64,000 bases of DNA from Thermodesulfobacteriota bacterium (GTDB lineage Bacteria; Desulfobacterota; Desulfovibrionia; Desulfovibrionales; Desulfovibrionaceae): positions 8,833 through 72,832 of the forward strand of contig JBMONM010000120.1 of NCBI GenBank assembly GCA_049324675.1. Reading direction: 5' to 3'. Below are positions 15,332-24,802 of this stretch, in pieces (the first letter of the stretch is position 1; each line of letters begins with the position of its first letter). The notes beneath the pieces were generated by a model. The model was not told the DNA's origin. It did not search any database and worked only from the letters and a program-made list of their open reading frames with translations. The translations under genes and the position numbers were made by a program.

Positions 15332-17040
15332 TGGAAAAAGCGAACCCGGAAACCCTGATCGTGCCCGATCGCCGCTTGGCGCGCCTGCGCGAAGAGGCCC
15401 TGGACATGCCCTCGCTTTTCCTGGACGAAAAGGCGCGGTGCGATCTCGAACTGCTCCTGAACCGGGGCTATGCCCCCTTGCGCGGCTACGCCACGAGCAA
15501 GGAGTGCGAGGCCATCCTTTCGGATCTGCGGCTTCCGGACGGAACCTTCTGGCCCATTCCCGTGGTGTTGTCGTTTCCCCGGGCGGCGGCGCGGGATCTG
15601 GCCCCCGGGCGGCGGGTGGCCTTGCGGGACCGGGAAGGCTTCATGCTGGCGGCCCTTTCTCTTACGGAGATATGGGAGCCCGACCCCCGGGCGTGGGCCC
15701 GGGCCGTGTACGGGACCGACCGCCCCGGACGGCATCCCGAGGCGGACCGGCTGCTGGCGGACCGGGACGCCGTGTGCCTGGCCGGCCCCGTGGAGGGGCT
15801 GTCCCTGCCCCAGCACTACGATTTCGTCCACCTGCGCCACACCCCGGCCCAGGCCCGCCGCCTTCTGGCGGAAGGGGGCCGGAGGCCGGCCATCGGTTTC
15901 CAGGACGCGGCCCCGCTGCACGTCATGCACCGGGAGACGCTTCTGTCCTGCGCCGCCGAGCACGGGGCCAGGCTTTTCATCTCCCCGCTGCTGCCCGCGG
16001 CCCACTTCACCGAGGTCGCCTCGTTTTCCACGGTGCGCTGCTACGAGTCCTTCGTGCGGCACATGCCGCCCCACAGCGCCCTGTTGTGCCTCACGGCCAT
16101 GCGCGCCCGCCAGGCCGGCCCGCGCGGGGCCATGCTCCAGGCCCTGGTCAACCGCAATTACGGGTGCACCCATTTTCTCGTGCACGAGCGCCACGACGAC
16201 CCCTTTGCGGGCCGCGGCAAGCCCTTCTATCCGCCCTGGGCGGCCCTTCAGGCCCTGGAGGAGGTGAAGGAAGGCCTCGGGGTGACCCCGCTGCCGTTTC
16301 GGCCCCGGAGGTATGTCCCGGAGTTCTCCCTGTACCTGGACCCCCGCGACATCAGGAAGGGCATCGCCGGCGTCGAGGTCGGCCATGCGGACCTGGAACG
16401 CCGCCTGGACCGGGGGGAGGGGATTCCGGAGTGGTACGCCTTCCCCGAGGTGGTCCGGGAGCTGCGCCGGACGCGCCCCCCGGCCCACAGGATGGGGTTC
16501 ACGCTGTTTCTGACCGGGCTTTCGGGGGCCGGCAAGTCCACGCTGGCCAAGGTCCTTTTCGTCATGCTCCAGGAATGCCAGGACCGGCCGGTCAGCCTGC
16601 TGGACGGGGACATCGTCCGCCGCCACCTGTCCAGCGAGTTGACGTTTTCCCGCGAGCATCGCAATCTCAACGTGCGGCGCATCGGATACGTGGCCAGCGA
16701 GATCACCAAGAACCGGGGCATCGCCCTGTGCGCCCCCATCGCCCCCTATCCCGAATCCCGCCTCACGGCGCGGGAGATCGTCTCACAGTGGGGGCCGTTT
16801 ATCGAAATTTACGTCTCCACCCCCCTGGCGGTTTGCGAGCAGCGCGACCGCAAGGGGCTGTACGCCAAGGCCCGGGCCGGAATCCTGCGCGGCGTCACCG
16901 GGGTGGACGACCCCTATCTGCCCCCGGAAAATCCGGAGCTGGCCATCGACACCTCGGCCTGCACCCCCCGGGAGGCGGCCCTGGCCGTCCTGAGGTATCT
17001 GGAAGGCCGGGGGTTGCTCAGAAAGACGGCCGGAGAGTAG
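15331..17040 (+). CDS. cysC: Two-domain protein: N-terminal ATP-sulfurylase-like domain with degenerate active-site motifs, plus C-terminal adenylylsulfate (APS) kinase
   Basis: Trimmed from track ORF 14734..17040 to ATG 15331 (MEKANPETLIVPD). The C-terminus FTLFLTGLSGAGKSTLAKVL...LDGDIVRRHL...FSREHRNLNVRRIGYVA...CEQRDRKGLYAKARAG is a canonical APS kinase. The N-terminus aligns by eye to Sat. However, it has FQDAAPLHVMHRE instead of FQTRNPxHRAHxE, and HFLVHERHDDP instead of HFIVGRDHAGP. Confidence 0.88.
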   Translation: MEKANPETLIVPDRRLARLREEALDMPSLFLDEKARCDLELLLNRGYAPLRGYATSKECEAILSDLRLPDGTFWPIPVVLSFPRAAARDLAPGRRVALRDREGFMLAALSLTEIWEPDPRAWARAVYGTDRPGRHPEADRLLADRDAVCLAGPVEGLSLPQHYDFVHLRHTPAQARRLLAEGGRRPAIGFQDAAPLHVMHRETLLSCAAEHGARLFISPLLPAAHFTEVASFSTVRCYESFVRHMPPHSALLCLTAMRARQAGPRGAMLQALVNRNYGCTHFLVHERHDDPFAGRGKPFYPPWAALQALEEVKEGLGVTPLPFRPRRYVPEFSLYLDPRDIRKGIAGVEVGHADLERRLDRGEGIPEWYAFPEVVRELRRTRPPAHRMGFTLFLTGLSGAGKSTLAKVLFVMLQECQDRPVSLLDGDIVRRHLSSELTFSREHRNLNVRRIGYVASEITKNRGIALCAPIAPYPESRLTAREIVSQWGPFIEIYVSTPLAVCEQRDRKGLYAKARAGILRGVTGVDDPYLPPENPELAIDTSACTPREAALAVLRYLEGRGLLRKTAGE

Positions 17041-17119
17041 GGCGGGGCCTTCGCGCAACACGCCGCTCCGGCATAAAACGCGGAAGCGCGGGCGTATCGA
17101 TCGGCCCGCCTCCGGAACG

Positions 17120-19039
17120 GTGACCATGTCCGAAGACATTTTCCGAGACACTCCCCATCCGCCGGGTCAGGGCACCCGCCTCGGCACCCTCGTCTGTCTC
17201 GTCCACGTCCTTCTGGGGTGTTTTCTCTTTCACACCCTCGGCGCCGTCCTGGCCACCGACGACAAGGCCAATGTCCTGCTCGAGATGGAGACCACGTCCC
17301 CGGGCCTTGTCCGGCTGTATTTCGACCCCATGTGGGGCTTCGACGAAAAGGACAGCATGGCCGTCCAGACGGCCGCCGACGGCGCCCCCCGGACCTATGC
17401 CTTCGTGCTCAGGGGCGAACGGGTGCGGGCCCTGCGGATCGACCCCCCGGAAGGCGGGGGGACCTTCGTCATCACCGGCCTGCGGCTGGTTCCCAGGGCG
17501 GGCGACCCGCCCGTGTCCATCCCCCTGTCACGCATCGAGGCCAGGCGGGACATCGCCGGCATGGCCCTCGCCGGCGGCCGGCTGACCGTGACCGTCGGCC
17601 CGGAGGCGCCCGATCCGCAACTGCTGGTCCGGTTCGACGAACCCCTGGCCATCGACGGCGGGAAGCCCGACGGCTACCTCACCCAGACCGAGGCGGCGGT
17701 GGCCGTGGGCCTGGTCCTGGTCGTCCTGGTTCTCTTGTGGCGCGCCCGGACGACCCCGGCCGGGGCGTTTTTCGCCACGACCCTTCTGCCCGGGGTCATC
17801 CTGGGCATGATGCTGGCCCTGGCCGCCGAAAGCCCCCTGGACAGCCACCCCGACGAGAGACAGCACGTCGAGGCCGCCCGGGTCTTCACCTCCGCCTGGC
17901 TGCCGCCGGCGGTGGACGACCCCAGGCTCATCCCCTCCCTGTCGAAATACGGCTATTCCTATGCGCAGGACGGCTACCCGGTCTATTGGCTGATCGGGCT
18001 GGCCACCCGGGTGCTGGAGCTGGCTCCGACCTATTACCAGACCGCCCGGCTGCTCAATGTCGCCCTGTTCTTCTTTCTCGCCGCCCTTCTTCTGTGGCGG
18101 GAGCGGGTGCGCGCGCCCCTGACGCTGGTGCTGGTGTGCTCGCCGCAACTGTTCTACACCTTTTCCTATTTCAACGGCGACGCCTTTCCGCTGTTTTTGA
18201 CGCTTTTGACCGCGGTGCTCCTGGCCGGACCGGACAACCCGGTGGGCCGGTTCCTGTCCTCCCCGTCCTTTACGGACGACCTGTCCGGAGGCGTCATCCT
18301 GGCCGGGCTGATGGGGCTGACCGCCATATCCAAGCCCAACTACCTCCTGGTCCTGGCCTTTTTTTTCGGGCTCGCCCTTCTGGACATCCTCAGGGACGCC
18401 GTCGGCAAAAGGCGGCGCCTGCTCAAGCTCGCGGCCCTGGCGGCGTGCGTGACGGCGGTCTACGGCCTCAATGCCTGGTATCAGGACCATATCAACGGAT
18501 ATGAGCGCGACAGGCGCATGGCGGCCTTCGTCGAGCTCCACGCCGAGGAGCAGTACAAGCCGAGCAGGTTCACGAAAGGGGAGGGCCAGTTTTCGCTGCG
18601 GCTTCGCGACAAGGGAGTCGATCCGCTGGAGATCTTCGGCGACACCTACCGCTGGCACATCCGAAGCTTTGAGAGTTTCGTCGGGGTGTACGGCTACATG
18701 CAAAAATTCGCCCCGCTCCAGTACTACGCGTTTTTCGCCCTGATGTGGCTGACGTTTTTTGCGGTCCTGGGGTGGTTTCTCTGGAAGGGCGGCGGCCATT
18801 CCCGGCTGCTCCTGGTCTTTCTGGCCGGAAGTCTGGTCCTTGCCGTTGGGCAGTCCGTGTACTTTTCCTGGGCCATGGATTTCCAGGCCCAGGGACGCTA
18901 CCTGTTCCCCGTCCTGCCCATGCTCTTCGCCATCATGTCCAGGCTGCCGCAGCATCGCCGGGAGGTGCTGACCATCACCTTCGGCCCGGCGTTCTTCCTG
19001 CTCGGGATGTGGTCGTTTTTGTTCATCGCCCTGTCCTGA
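17120..19039 (+). CDS. Large polytopic membrane protein, DUF2142-like / GT-C-fold glycosyltransferase candidate, with an N-terminal extracytoplasmic domain
   Basis: 639-aa ORF with a GTG at 17120 and an ATG at 17126. One TM segment is followed by a roughly 150-aa soluble region and then many hydrophobic helices. SHPDERQHVEAARVF resembles the PDExxH loop motif I associate with DUF2142. Confidence 0.7.
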   Translation: MTMSEDIFRDTPHPPGQGTRLGTLVCLVHVLLGCFLFHTLGAVLATDDKANVLLEMETTSPGLVRLYFDPMWGFDEKDSMAVQTAADGAPRTYAFVLRGERVRALRIDPPEGGGTFVITGLRLVPRAGDPPVSIPLSRIEARRDIAGMALAGGRLTVTVGPEAPDPQLLVRFDEPLAIDGGKPDGYLTQTEAAVAVGLVLVVLVLLWRARTTPAGAFFATTLLPGVILGMMLALAAESPLDSHPDERQHVEAARVFTSAWLPPAVDDPRLIPSLSKYGYSYAQDGYPVYWLIGLATRVLELAPTYYQTARLLNVALFFFLAALLLWRERVRAPLTLVLVCSPQLFYTFSYFNGDAFPLFLTLLTAVLLAGPDNPVGRFLSSPSFTDDLSGGVILAGLMGLTAISKPNYLLVLAFFFGLALLDILRDAVGKRRRLLKLAALAACVTAVYGLNAWYQDHINGYERDRRMAAFVELHAEEQYKPSRFTKGEGQFSLRLRDKGVDPLEIFGDTYRWHIRSFESFVGVYGYMQKFAPLQYYAFFALMWLTFFAVLGWFLWKGGGHSRLLLVFLAGSLVLAVGQSVYFSWAMDFQAQGRYLFPVLPMLFAIMSRLPQHRREVLTITFGPAFFLLGMWSFLFIALS

Positions 19040-19071
19040 GCCGTCGCCCGGGGCGTGAAGGAGTGCGGTCC

Positions 19072-21063
19072 ATGCAGCAGAAAGGGGGTTCGACCCTTCC
19101 CGGCCCGGAGGGCGGCCGGACCGGGCGGCCGCGTTCCCCGTGGACCCCGGCGTACGACGTCCTGCGCAACATCTACTGGCGTTTCGCGGCGTTCCCGGCC
19201 GCGCATGTGGCCCTCTTGCGCTGGTGGGGCCGGGCCAGACAAGGCCTCCTGGCCTTTTCCCACTCCCCGGACAACCGCCGGTTCCGTCGGGACATGGCGG
19301 CGCGCCGCAGTGACGAGGCGGCCGTGCGCACGGCCGTGCCCGCGCCCGAGCCGGACGAATGGCCCGAACTGGACCTCTCCGTGGTCACCCACGACAGCTC
19401 CCGCTGGCTGGACGGCTTTTTCGCCTCCCTGACAGCGCAGCGCTATCCCCTGGACAGGCTTTACCTGCGCATCGTGGACAACGGCTCCAGCGACGACACC
19501 GCGGGCCGCATCCGGGACTTCCTGGCCGAAAAAAGGGAGGGCTTCGCCGGGACCTGGTTCGTGGCCCAGGAGAACGCGGGGTTCGGCGCGGGACACGACC
19601 GGGCCCTGCGCGCCGGGCGGTGCGCCTACTGTCTGGTCGCCAACGTGGATCTCGAATTCCTGCCCGACTCCCTGTGCGCCGTGGTGCGCGCGGCCCTGGC
19701 CGACACCGGGGGCATCGTGGGAAGCTGGGAACTGCGCCAGTACCCCTACGAGCATCCCAAGCACTACGACCCGGTGACCCTGGAGACGGCGTGGTCCTCC
19801 CATGCCTGCGTCCTTCTGCGCCGCAGCGCCTACGAGCGGTGCGGCGGCTACGACCCGGCCCTTTTCATGTACGCCGAGGACGTGGAGCTGTCCTACCGGC
19901 TGCGCTCCCACGGCTACGCCCTCAAGTACGTCCCCGCGGCCGCGGTCACCCACCACGCCTACGAGGCCCCCGGGGCGGCCAAGCCGGCCCAGTACGCCGG
20001 CGGGGCCTTCGGCAACCTGTTCGTGCGCCTGCGCTACGGAAACATTCGGGACGTCCTGGCCGGCCTTGCGCTGTACGCCGCCTTCCTGATCCGCCCGGAG
20101 CCCTTTCCGGGCGTGAAGCGTTCGCTTCTGAGAAAGCTCGCGGCCCTCGTCCCGGCCCTGCCGCGCCTGCGCCGCGCAAAAGGCCCGGCCCGGGCCCGTT
20201 ACCCCTTCCGGGGCCTGGATTACGAGCTGTCGCGCGGCGGGGCGTTCGTCCCGGCCCGGCCCCCGGCGTTTCCGCCCGGGGAGGCGCCGCGCGTCTCGGT
20301 GCTGATCCGCACCTATGCGGGGCGAGGGTTTCTTCTGGCCCAGGCCGTGCAAAGCGTGTTCAACCAGACCTGGCCGGCCGTCGAGCTGGTCGTGTCCGAG
20401 GACGGCGGCGACACCCAGAAGGAGCTGGTCGAAACCCTGGCCCGCCGGGCCCCGGCCGGGACCACGGTGCGCCACATCCCCAATCCCAGGCGGGGGCGCT
20501 CGGCCACGGGCAACGCCGCGCTCAAGGCGGCCTCCGCGCCGTATTTCCTGTTTCTGGACGACGACGACCTCTTGTACGCGGACCACATCGAAACCCTGAT
20601 GCGGGCCCTGTCCGACCATCCGGAGTGCCACGCGGCCTACGCCCCGGGGCTGGAGGTGGTGACCCGCCTCGACCCCGCCCGGGGGCGCTACGTCGAGGCC
20701 TGCGAACGCCGGCCAAAGGGTCTGTGGCGGACGTGGGACTACGCGGCGCTTCGTGAGGACAATTATATCGTCATCTCGGCCCTGGCGAGCCGGTCCCTGT
20801 ACGAGGAGCGCGGGGGGTTCGATCCGGAGGTGGAGATGCTCGAGGACTGGAACCTGTGGATGCGCTACGGCTTCGGCAACGCGTTCGCCTACGTGCCGAA
20901 GATCACCATGCTGTATCGCACGCCCTTTGACCCCTGGGCCGTGGCCGGGCGGGGACGGGCCCTGCACGAGGCCCATCCGGCGGCCAAGGCCCGGGCCATG
21001 GCCGCGATCCGCGCCGGGAAGGACGCATGGTCAGGGAGCCGGAAGCCGGGCCCGGCGACCTGA
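19072..21063 (+). CDS. Double-domain GT2 glycosyltransferase
   Basis: Trimmed from track ORF 18745..21063 to ATG 19072, preceded by GAAGGAG. The first GT2 module is LDLSVVTHDSSRWLDGFFASL...RIVDNGSSDDT...EDVELSYR. The second is RVSVLIRTYAGRGFLLAQAVQSV...VVSEDGGD...FLDDDDLLY...EDWNLWMR. Confidence 0.85.
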   Translation: MQQKGGSTLPGPEGGRTGRPRSPWTPAYDVLRNIYWRFAAFPAAHVALLRWWGRARQGLLAFSHSPDNRRFRRDMAARRSDEAAVRTAVPAPEPDEWPELDLSVVTHDSSRWLDGFFASLTAQRYPLDRLYLRIVDNGSSDDTAGRIRDFLAEKREGFAGTWFVAQENAGFGAGHDRALRAGRCAYCLVANVDLEFLPDSLCAVVRAALADTGGIVGSWELRQYPYEHPKHYDPVTLETAWSSHACVLLRRSAYERCGGYDPALFMYAEDVELSYRLRSHGYALKYVPAAAVTHHAYEAPGAAKPAQYAGGAFGNLFVRLRYGNIRDVLAGLALYAAFLIRPEPFPGVKRSLLRKLAALVPALPRLRRAKGPARARYPFRGLDYELSRGGAFVPARPPAFPPGEAPRVSVLIRTYAGRGFLLAQAVQSVFNQTWPAVELVVSEDGGDTQKELVETLARRAPAGTTVRHIPNPRRGRSATGNAALKAASAPYFLFLDDDDLLYADHIETLMRALSDHPECHAAYAPGLEVVTRLDPARGRYVEACERRPKGLWRTWDYAALREDNYIVISALASRSLYEERGGFDPEVEMLEDWNLWMRYGFGNAFAYVPKITMLYRTPFDPWAVAGRGRALHEAHPAAKARAMAAIRAGKDAWSGSRKPGPAT

Positions 21064-21089
21064 ACGGTTCCGCCGGGCCGGGTTTTCGC

Positions 21090-21112
21090 GGCCCCTTGTT
21101 GGACAAGGGGCC
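21090..21112 (+). terminator. GC-rich hairpin immediately after the double-GT2 stop (no U-tract)
   Basis: ggccccttgt (21090-21099), tgg, then acaaggggcc (21103-21112) form a perfect 10-bp stem. It lies 27 nt after the stop at 21063, at the start of a 189-bp gap before gmd. No T-run follows, so terminator function is uncertain. Confidence 0.3.
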
Positions 21113-21252
21113 GAAGATGGGATAGTCCGCATGTACAGCCGATGAGGAACCTTTTCCCCCGGATCATGAAAAACCTCCGCTCCGAAACGCCGGCATGGAC
21201 CGGCTTCCCGGGTGTCGCGGCCCTTTGAACGCCTTTTATCCGAAAAAGACGC

Positions 21253-22404
21253 ATGATGAAAAAAGCCCTCATTACCGGAATCACCGGCCAGGACGGCGCG
21301 TATCTCGCGGAACTTCTTCTGGGCAAGGGGTACGAGGTGCACGGCATCAAACGCCGCTCGTCCCTGTTCAACACGGACCGCGTCGACCACCTGTACCAGG
21401 ACCCCCACGCCAGCCAGCGGCGGTTCTTTCTGCACTACGGCGACATGAGCGATTCCTGCAACCTCATCCGCATCCTGCAGGAGGTCCGGCCCGACGAGGT
21501 CTACAACCTGGCGGCCCAGAGCCATGTCCAGGTGTCCTTCGAGTCCCCGGAATACACGGCGGACATCGACGCCCTGGGCACCCTGCGGCTGCTGGAGGCC
21601 ATACGCATCGTGGGCCTTGCCGGCCGGACGCGCTTCTACCAGGCCTCGACCTCGGAGCTTTTCGGCATGGTGCAGGAGGTTCCCCAGACCGAAAAAACGC
21701 CGTTCTACCCCCGCTCGCCCTATGCCTGCGCCAAGCTGTATTCCTACTGGATCACGGTCAACTACCGCGAGGCCTACGGCATGTACGCCTGCAACGGCAT
21801 CCTGTTCAACCACGAGTCGCCCATACGCGGCGAGACCTTCGTCACCCGCAAGATCACCCGCCTTCTGGCGCGCATCATTTTAGGCCTTCAGGACTGCCTC
21901 TACCTCGGCAACCTGGAGGCCCGGCGCGACTGGGGCCATGCCCGGGACTACGTCGAAATGCAGTGGCTGATGCTGCAACAGGAGCAGCCCGAGGATTTCG
22001 TCATCGCCACCGGACGGCAGTTTTCGGTCCGCGACTTCGTGAACACGGCGGCGGCGGAAGTGGGCCTGACCCTGGACTGGCAGGGGAGCGGCCTGGAGGA
22101 AACCGGCACCGTGGCCGCCGTGGACCTGGACAGGCTGGCCCGGGCCGCGGGAGGGCGTCAGGGAATCCAGTGCCACGCCAAGTCCGGGGACGTCATCGTG
22201 CGCATCGACCCGCGCTACTTCCGGCCCACGGAGGTGGACACCCTGCTGGGGAATCCGGCCAAGGCCAGGGAAAAGCTGGGATGGGTTCCCAGGATCACCT
22301 TCGAGGAGATGGTGGCCGAGATGGCCCGCGAGGACCTGTCCTTAAGCATGCGCGACGCCGTGTGCAAGGTGGCGGGCTTCAAGTCCTTCACCTATAACGA
22401 ATGA
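21253..22404 (+). CDS. gmd: GDP-mannose 4,6-dehydratase
   Basis: [48 protein letters not shown]...[46 protein letters not shown] is an unmistakable Gmd sequence. Confidence 0.97.
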   Translation: MMKKALITGITGQDGAYLAELLLGKGYEVHGIKRRSSLFNTDRVDHLYQDPHASQRRFFLHYGDMSDSCNLIRILQEVRPDEVYNLAAQSHVQVSFESPEYTADIDALGTLRLLEAIRIVGLAGRTRFYQASTSELFGMVQEVPQTEKTPFYPRSPYACAKLYSYWITVNYREAYGMYACNGILFNHESPIRGETFVTRKITRLLARIILGLQDCLYLGNLEARRDWGHARDYVEMQWLMLQQEQPEDFVIATGRQFSVRDFVNTAAAEVGLTLDWQGSGLEETGTVAAVDLDRLARAAGGRQGIQCHAKSGDVIVRIDPRYFRPTEVDTLLGNPAKAREKLGWVPRITFEEMVAEMAREDLSLSMRDAVCKVAGFKSFTYNE

Positions 22405-22405
22405 C

Positions 22406-23350
22406 ATGGACAGGACCGCCCCTTTCTACGTGGCCGGACATCGCGGCCTGGTCGGCGGCGCCCTGTGCCGCGCGCTGACGCGGGCCGGGTACGGCAACCT
22501 CGTGGTCCGCACCCACGCGGAACTGGACCTGTGCGATCAGGCGGCGGTGCGGGCGTTTTTCGCGCAGCACAGGCCGGCCTACGTGATGCTGGCGGCGGCC
22601 AGGGTGGGGGGCATCCACGCCAACGCCACCTATCCGGCCGAGTTCATCTACCAGAACCTGCAGATCCAGAACAACGTCATCGACAGCGCCTCCCGCTTCG
22701 GCGTCGAGAAGCTCCTCTTCCTGGGGTCCTCGTGCATCTATCCCCGGGACTGCCCCCAGCCCATCAAGGAGGAATACCTGCTCACGGGTCCCCTCGAACC
22801 CACCAACGAACCCTACGCCCTGGCGAAAATCGCGGGCATCAGGATGTGCCAGGCCTACCGCCGGCAGTACGGCTTCGACGCCGTCAGCGCCATGCCCACC
22901 AACCTCTACGGCCCGGGCGACAACTACCACCCGGAGAACAGCCACGTCATTCCGGGGCTGATCCGGCGATTTCACGAAGCCAAGGAAGCCGGCCTGGACA
23001 GGGTGGCCATCTGGGGCACGGGAACGCCCCTGCGCGAGTTTCTGCACGTGGACGACATGGCCGAGGCCTGCGTGTTCCTGATGGAGAACTATTCCGGCGA
23101 ATGCCACGTCAACGTGGGCAGCCAGGAGGAGCATACGATCCTGGACGTGGCCCGGCTCATCGCCCGCATCGTGGGCTTCGGGGGCGGGATCGACACCGAC
23201 CCCTCAAGGCCCGACGGCACGCCGCGCAAGCTCATGGATTCGGGCCGGCTTTTCGCCATGGGGTGGAAACCGCGCATCGCCCTGGAAGACGGCCTGCGCG
23301 ACGCGTACCGCGACTTCCTGCAAAACCGGTCCGGAAAGCCGGACTTCTGA
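22406..23350 (+). CDS. fcl: GDP-L-fucose synthase (GDP-4-keto-6-deoxymannose 3,5-epimerase/4-reductase)
   Basis: [14 protein letters not shown]...[30 protein letters not shown]...[10 protein letters not shown]...[22 protein letters not shown]...[29 protein letters not shown] is a canonical Fcl/WcaG sequence. Confidence 0.95.
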   Translation: MDRTAPFYVAGHRGLVGGALCRALTRAGYGNLVVRTHAELDLCDQAAVRAFFAQHRPAYVMLAAARVGGIHANATYPAEFIYQNLQIQNNVIDSASRFGVEKLLFLGSSCIYPRDCPQPIKEEYLLTGPLEPTNEPYALAKIAGIRMCQAYRRQYGFDAVSAMPTNLYGPGDNYHPENSHVIPGLIRRFHEAKEAGLDRVAIWGTGTPLREFLHVDDMAEACVFLMENYSGECHVNVGSQEEHTILDVARLIARIVGFGGGIDTDPSRPDGTPRKLMDSGRLFAMGWKPRIALEDGLRDAYRDFLQNRSGKPDF

Positions 23351-23427
23351 TCGGCCGCCCCTCCCGCGATGCGGCGGAGCGGGATTCCGTCTCCGCACAT
23401 GAAAGGGCCATGCCGTGCGGAAAAGAC

Positions 23428-24786
23428 ATGGACACTCTCGACTGCTTCAAATCCTACGACATCCGCGGCCAGGTCCCCCGGCAGCTCGATGCCGCCCTGG
23501 CATGGCGCATCGGCCGGGCCTTCGCGGCCGAGCTGCGGCCCGAAACCGTGGTCCTGGGATACGACATCCGGGAGACGAGCCGGGATCTGGCCGGGGCCGC
23601 GGCCTCCGGGCTCGCGGCGGGCGGGGCCGACGTCCTGGACATCGGGCTGTGCGGCACGGAGGAGGTCTATTTCGCCACGGCCCACTTTCGGGCCGGGGGC
23701 GGCATCATGGTCACGGCCAGCCACAACCCCCGGGACCACAACGGGATGAAGCTCGTGGGGCCGGGTTCCGCGCCGATTTCCGGGGATACGGGGCTGGGGG
23801 AGATCAAGGCCCGCGTTGCGGCCGAAAACTGGGGCGACGCCCCGCCCCGCGCCGGTTCGACGCGGCCCCTGGCCCACCGGCGGGTCTACATCGAGCGCCT
23901 GCTCGGCACGGTGGACCTGCGTGGGCTTGCGCCCCTGCGCCTCGTCGCCAACCCGGGCAACGGCTGCGCCGGCCCGCTCATCGACGCCCTGGAGCCGCAT
24001 CTGCCCTTCTCCTGGATCAAGGTCCACCACGAGCCGGACGGCAGCTTCCCCAACGGCGTTCCGAATCCGCTTCTGCCCGAACGCCGCCAGGCCACGGCCG
24101 ACGCGGTGCGGGCCCACAAGGCCGACATGGGGCTGGCCTGGGACGGGGATTTCGACCGCTGCTTCTTTTACGACGAACAGGGCCGGTTCATCGAGGGCTA
24201 TTACCTTGTCGGGCTGCTGGCCCGGCTCATGCTGCGGAAGCATCCCGGCCAGGTCGTCCTGCATGACCCCCGGCTGGTGTGGAACACCCGGGCCGTCGTT
24301 CTGGAGTCGGGCGGCGCGCCGATCATGACCAAGACCGGCCACGCCTTCATCAAGGAGCGCATGCGCCGGGAAAACGCCGTGTACGGCGGGGAGATGAGCG
24401 CCCACCACTACTTCCGCGATTTCTACTTCTGCGACAGCGGCATGATCCCCTGGCTGCTCGTGGCCGAGCTTGTCAGCGCCACGGGCCGGCCGCTTTCGAC
24501 CTTCGTGGACGCGATGATCCGCGACTATCCGAGCAGCGGCGAGATAAACATGCAGCTGGACGATCCGGCGGCGGCCCTGGCGCTTTTGCGCGAACACTAC
24601 GGGGAACGGGCCGCATCGGTTGACGAGGTCGACGGCCTGAGCATGGACATGGGGGACTGGCGGTTCAATATCCGGTCCTCGAACACGGAGCCGCTCGTGC
24701 GCCTCAACGTCGAATCCCGGGGCGACCCCGAGCTCATGCGCGCCAAGACCCGGGAGATCCGCAACCTTGTGCGGGGCGGGAACTGA
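23428..24786 (+). CDS. manB: Phosphomannomutase (alpha-D-phosphohexomutase family)
   Basis: Trimmed from track ORF 22465..24786 to ATG 23428 (MDTLDCFKSYDIRG); an alternative ATG is at 23410. Contains the TASHNPRDHNGMK phosphoserine loop, the GLAWDGDFDRCFF metal loop and GGEMSAHHYF. Confidence 0.9.
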   Translation: MDTLDCFKSYDIRGQVPRQLDAALAWRIGRAFAAELRPETVVLGYDIRETSRDLAGAAASGLAAGGADVLDIGLCGTEEVYFATAHFRAGGGIMVTASHNPRDHNGMKLVGPGSAPISGDTGLGEIKARVAAENWGDAPPRAGSTRPLAHRRVYIERLLGTVDLRGLAPLRLVANPGNGCAGPLIDALEPHLPFSWIKVHHEPDGSFPNGVPNPLLPERRQATADAVRAHKADMGLAWDGDFDRCFFYDEQGRFIEGYYLVGLLARLMLRKHPGQVVLHDPRLVWNTRAVVLESGGAPIMTKTGHAFIKERMRRENAVYGGEMSAHHYFRDFYFCDSGMIPWLLVAELVSATGRPLSTFVDAMIRDYPSSGEINMQLDDPAAALALLREHYGERAASVDEVDGLSMDMGDWRFNIRSSNTEPLVRLNVESRGDPELMRAKTREIRNLVRGGN

Positions 24787-24802
24787 CCGCCCGGGATATT
24801 CC

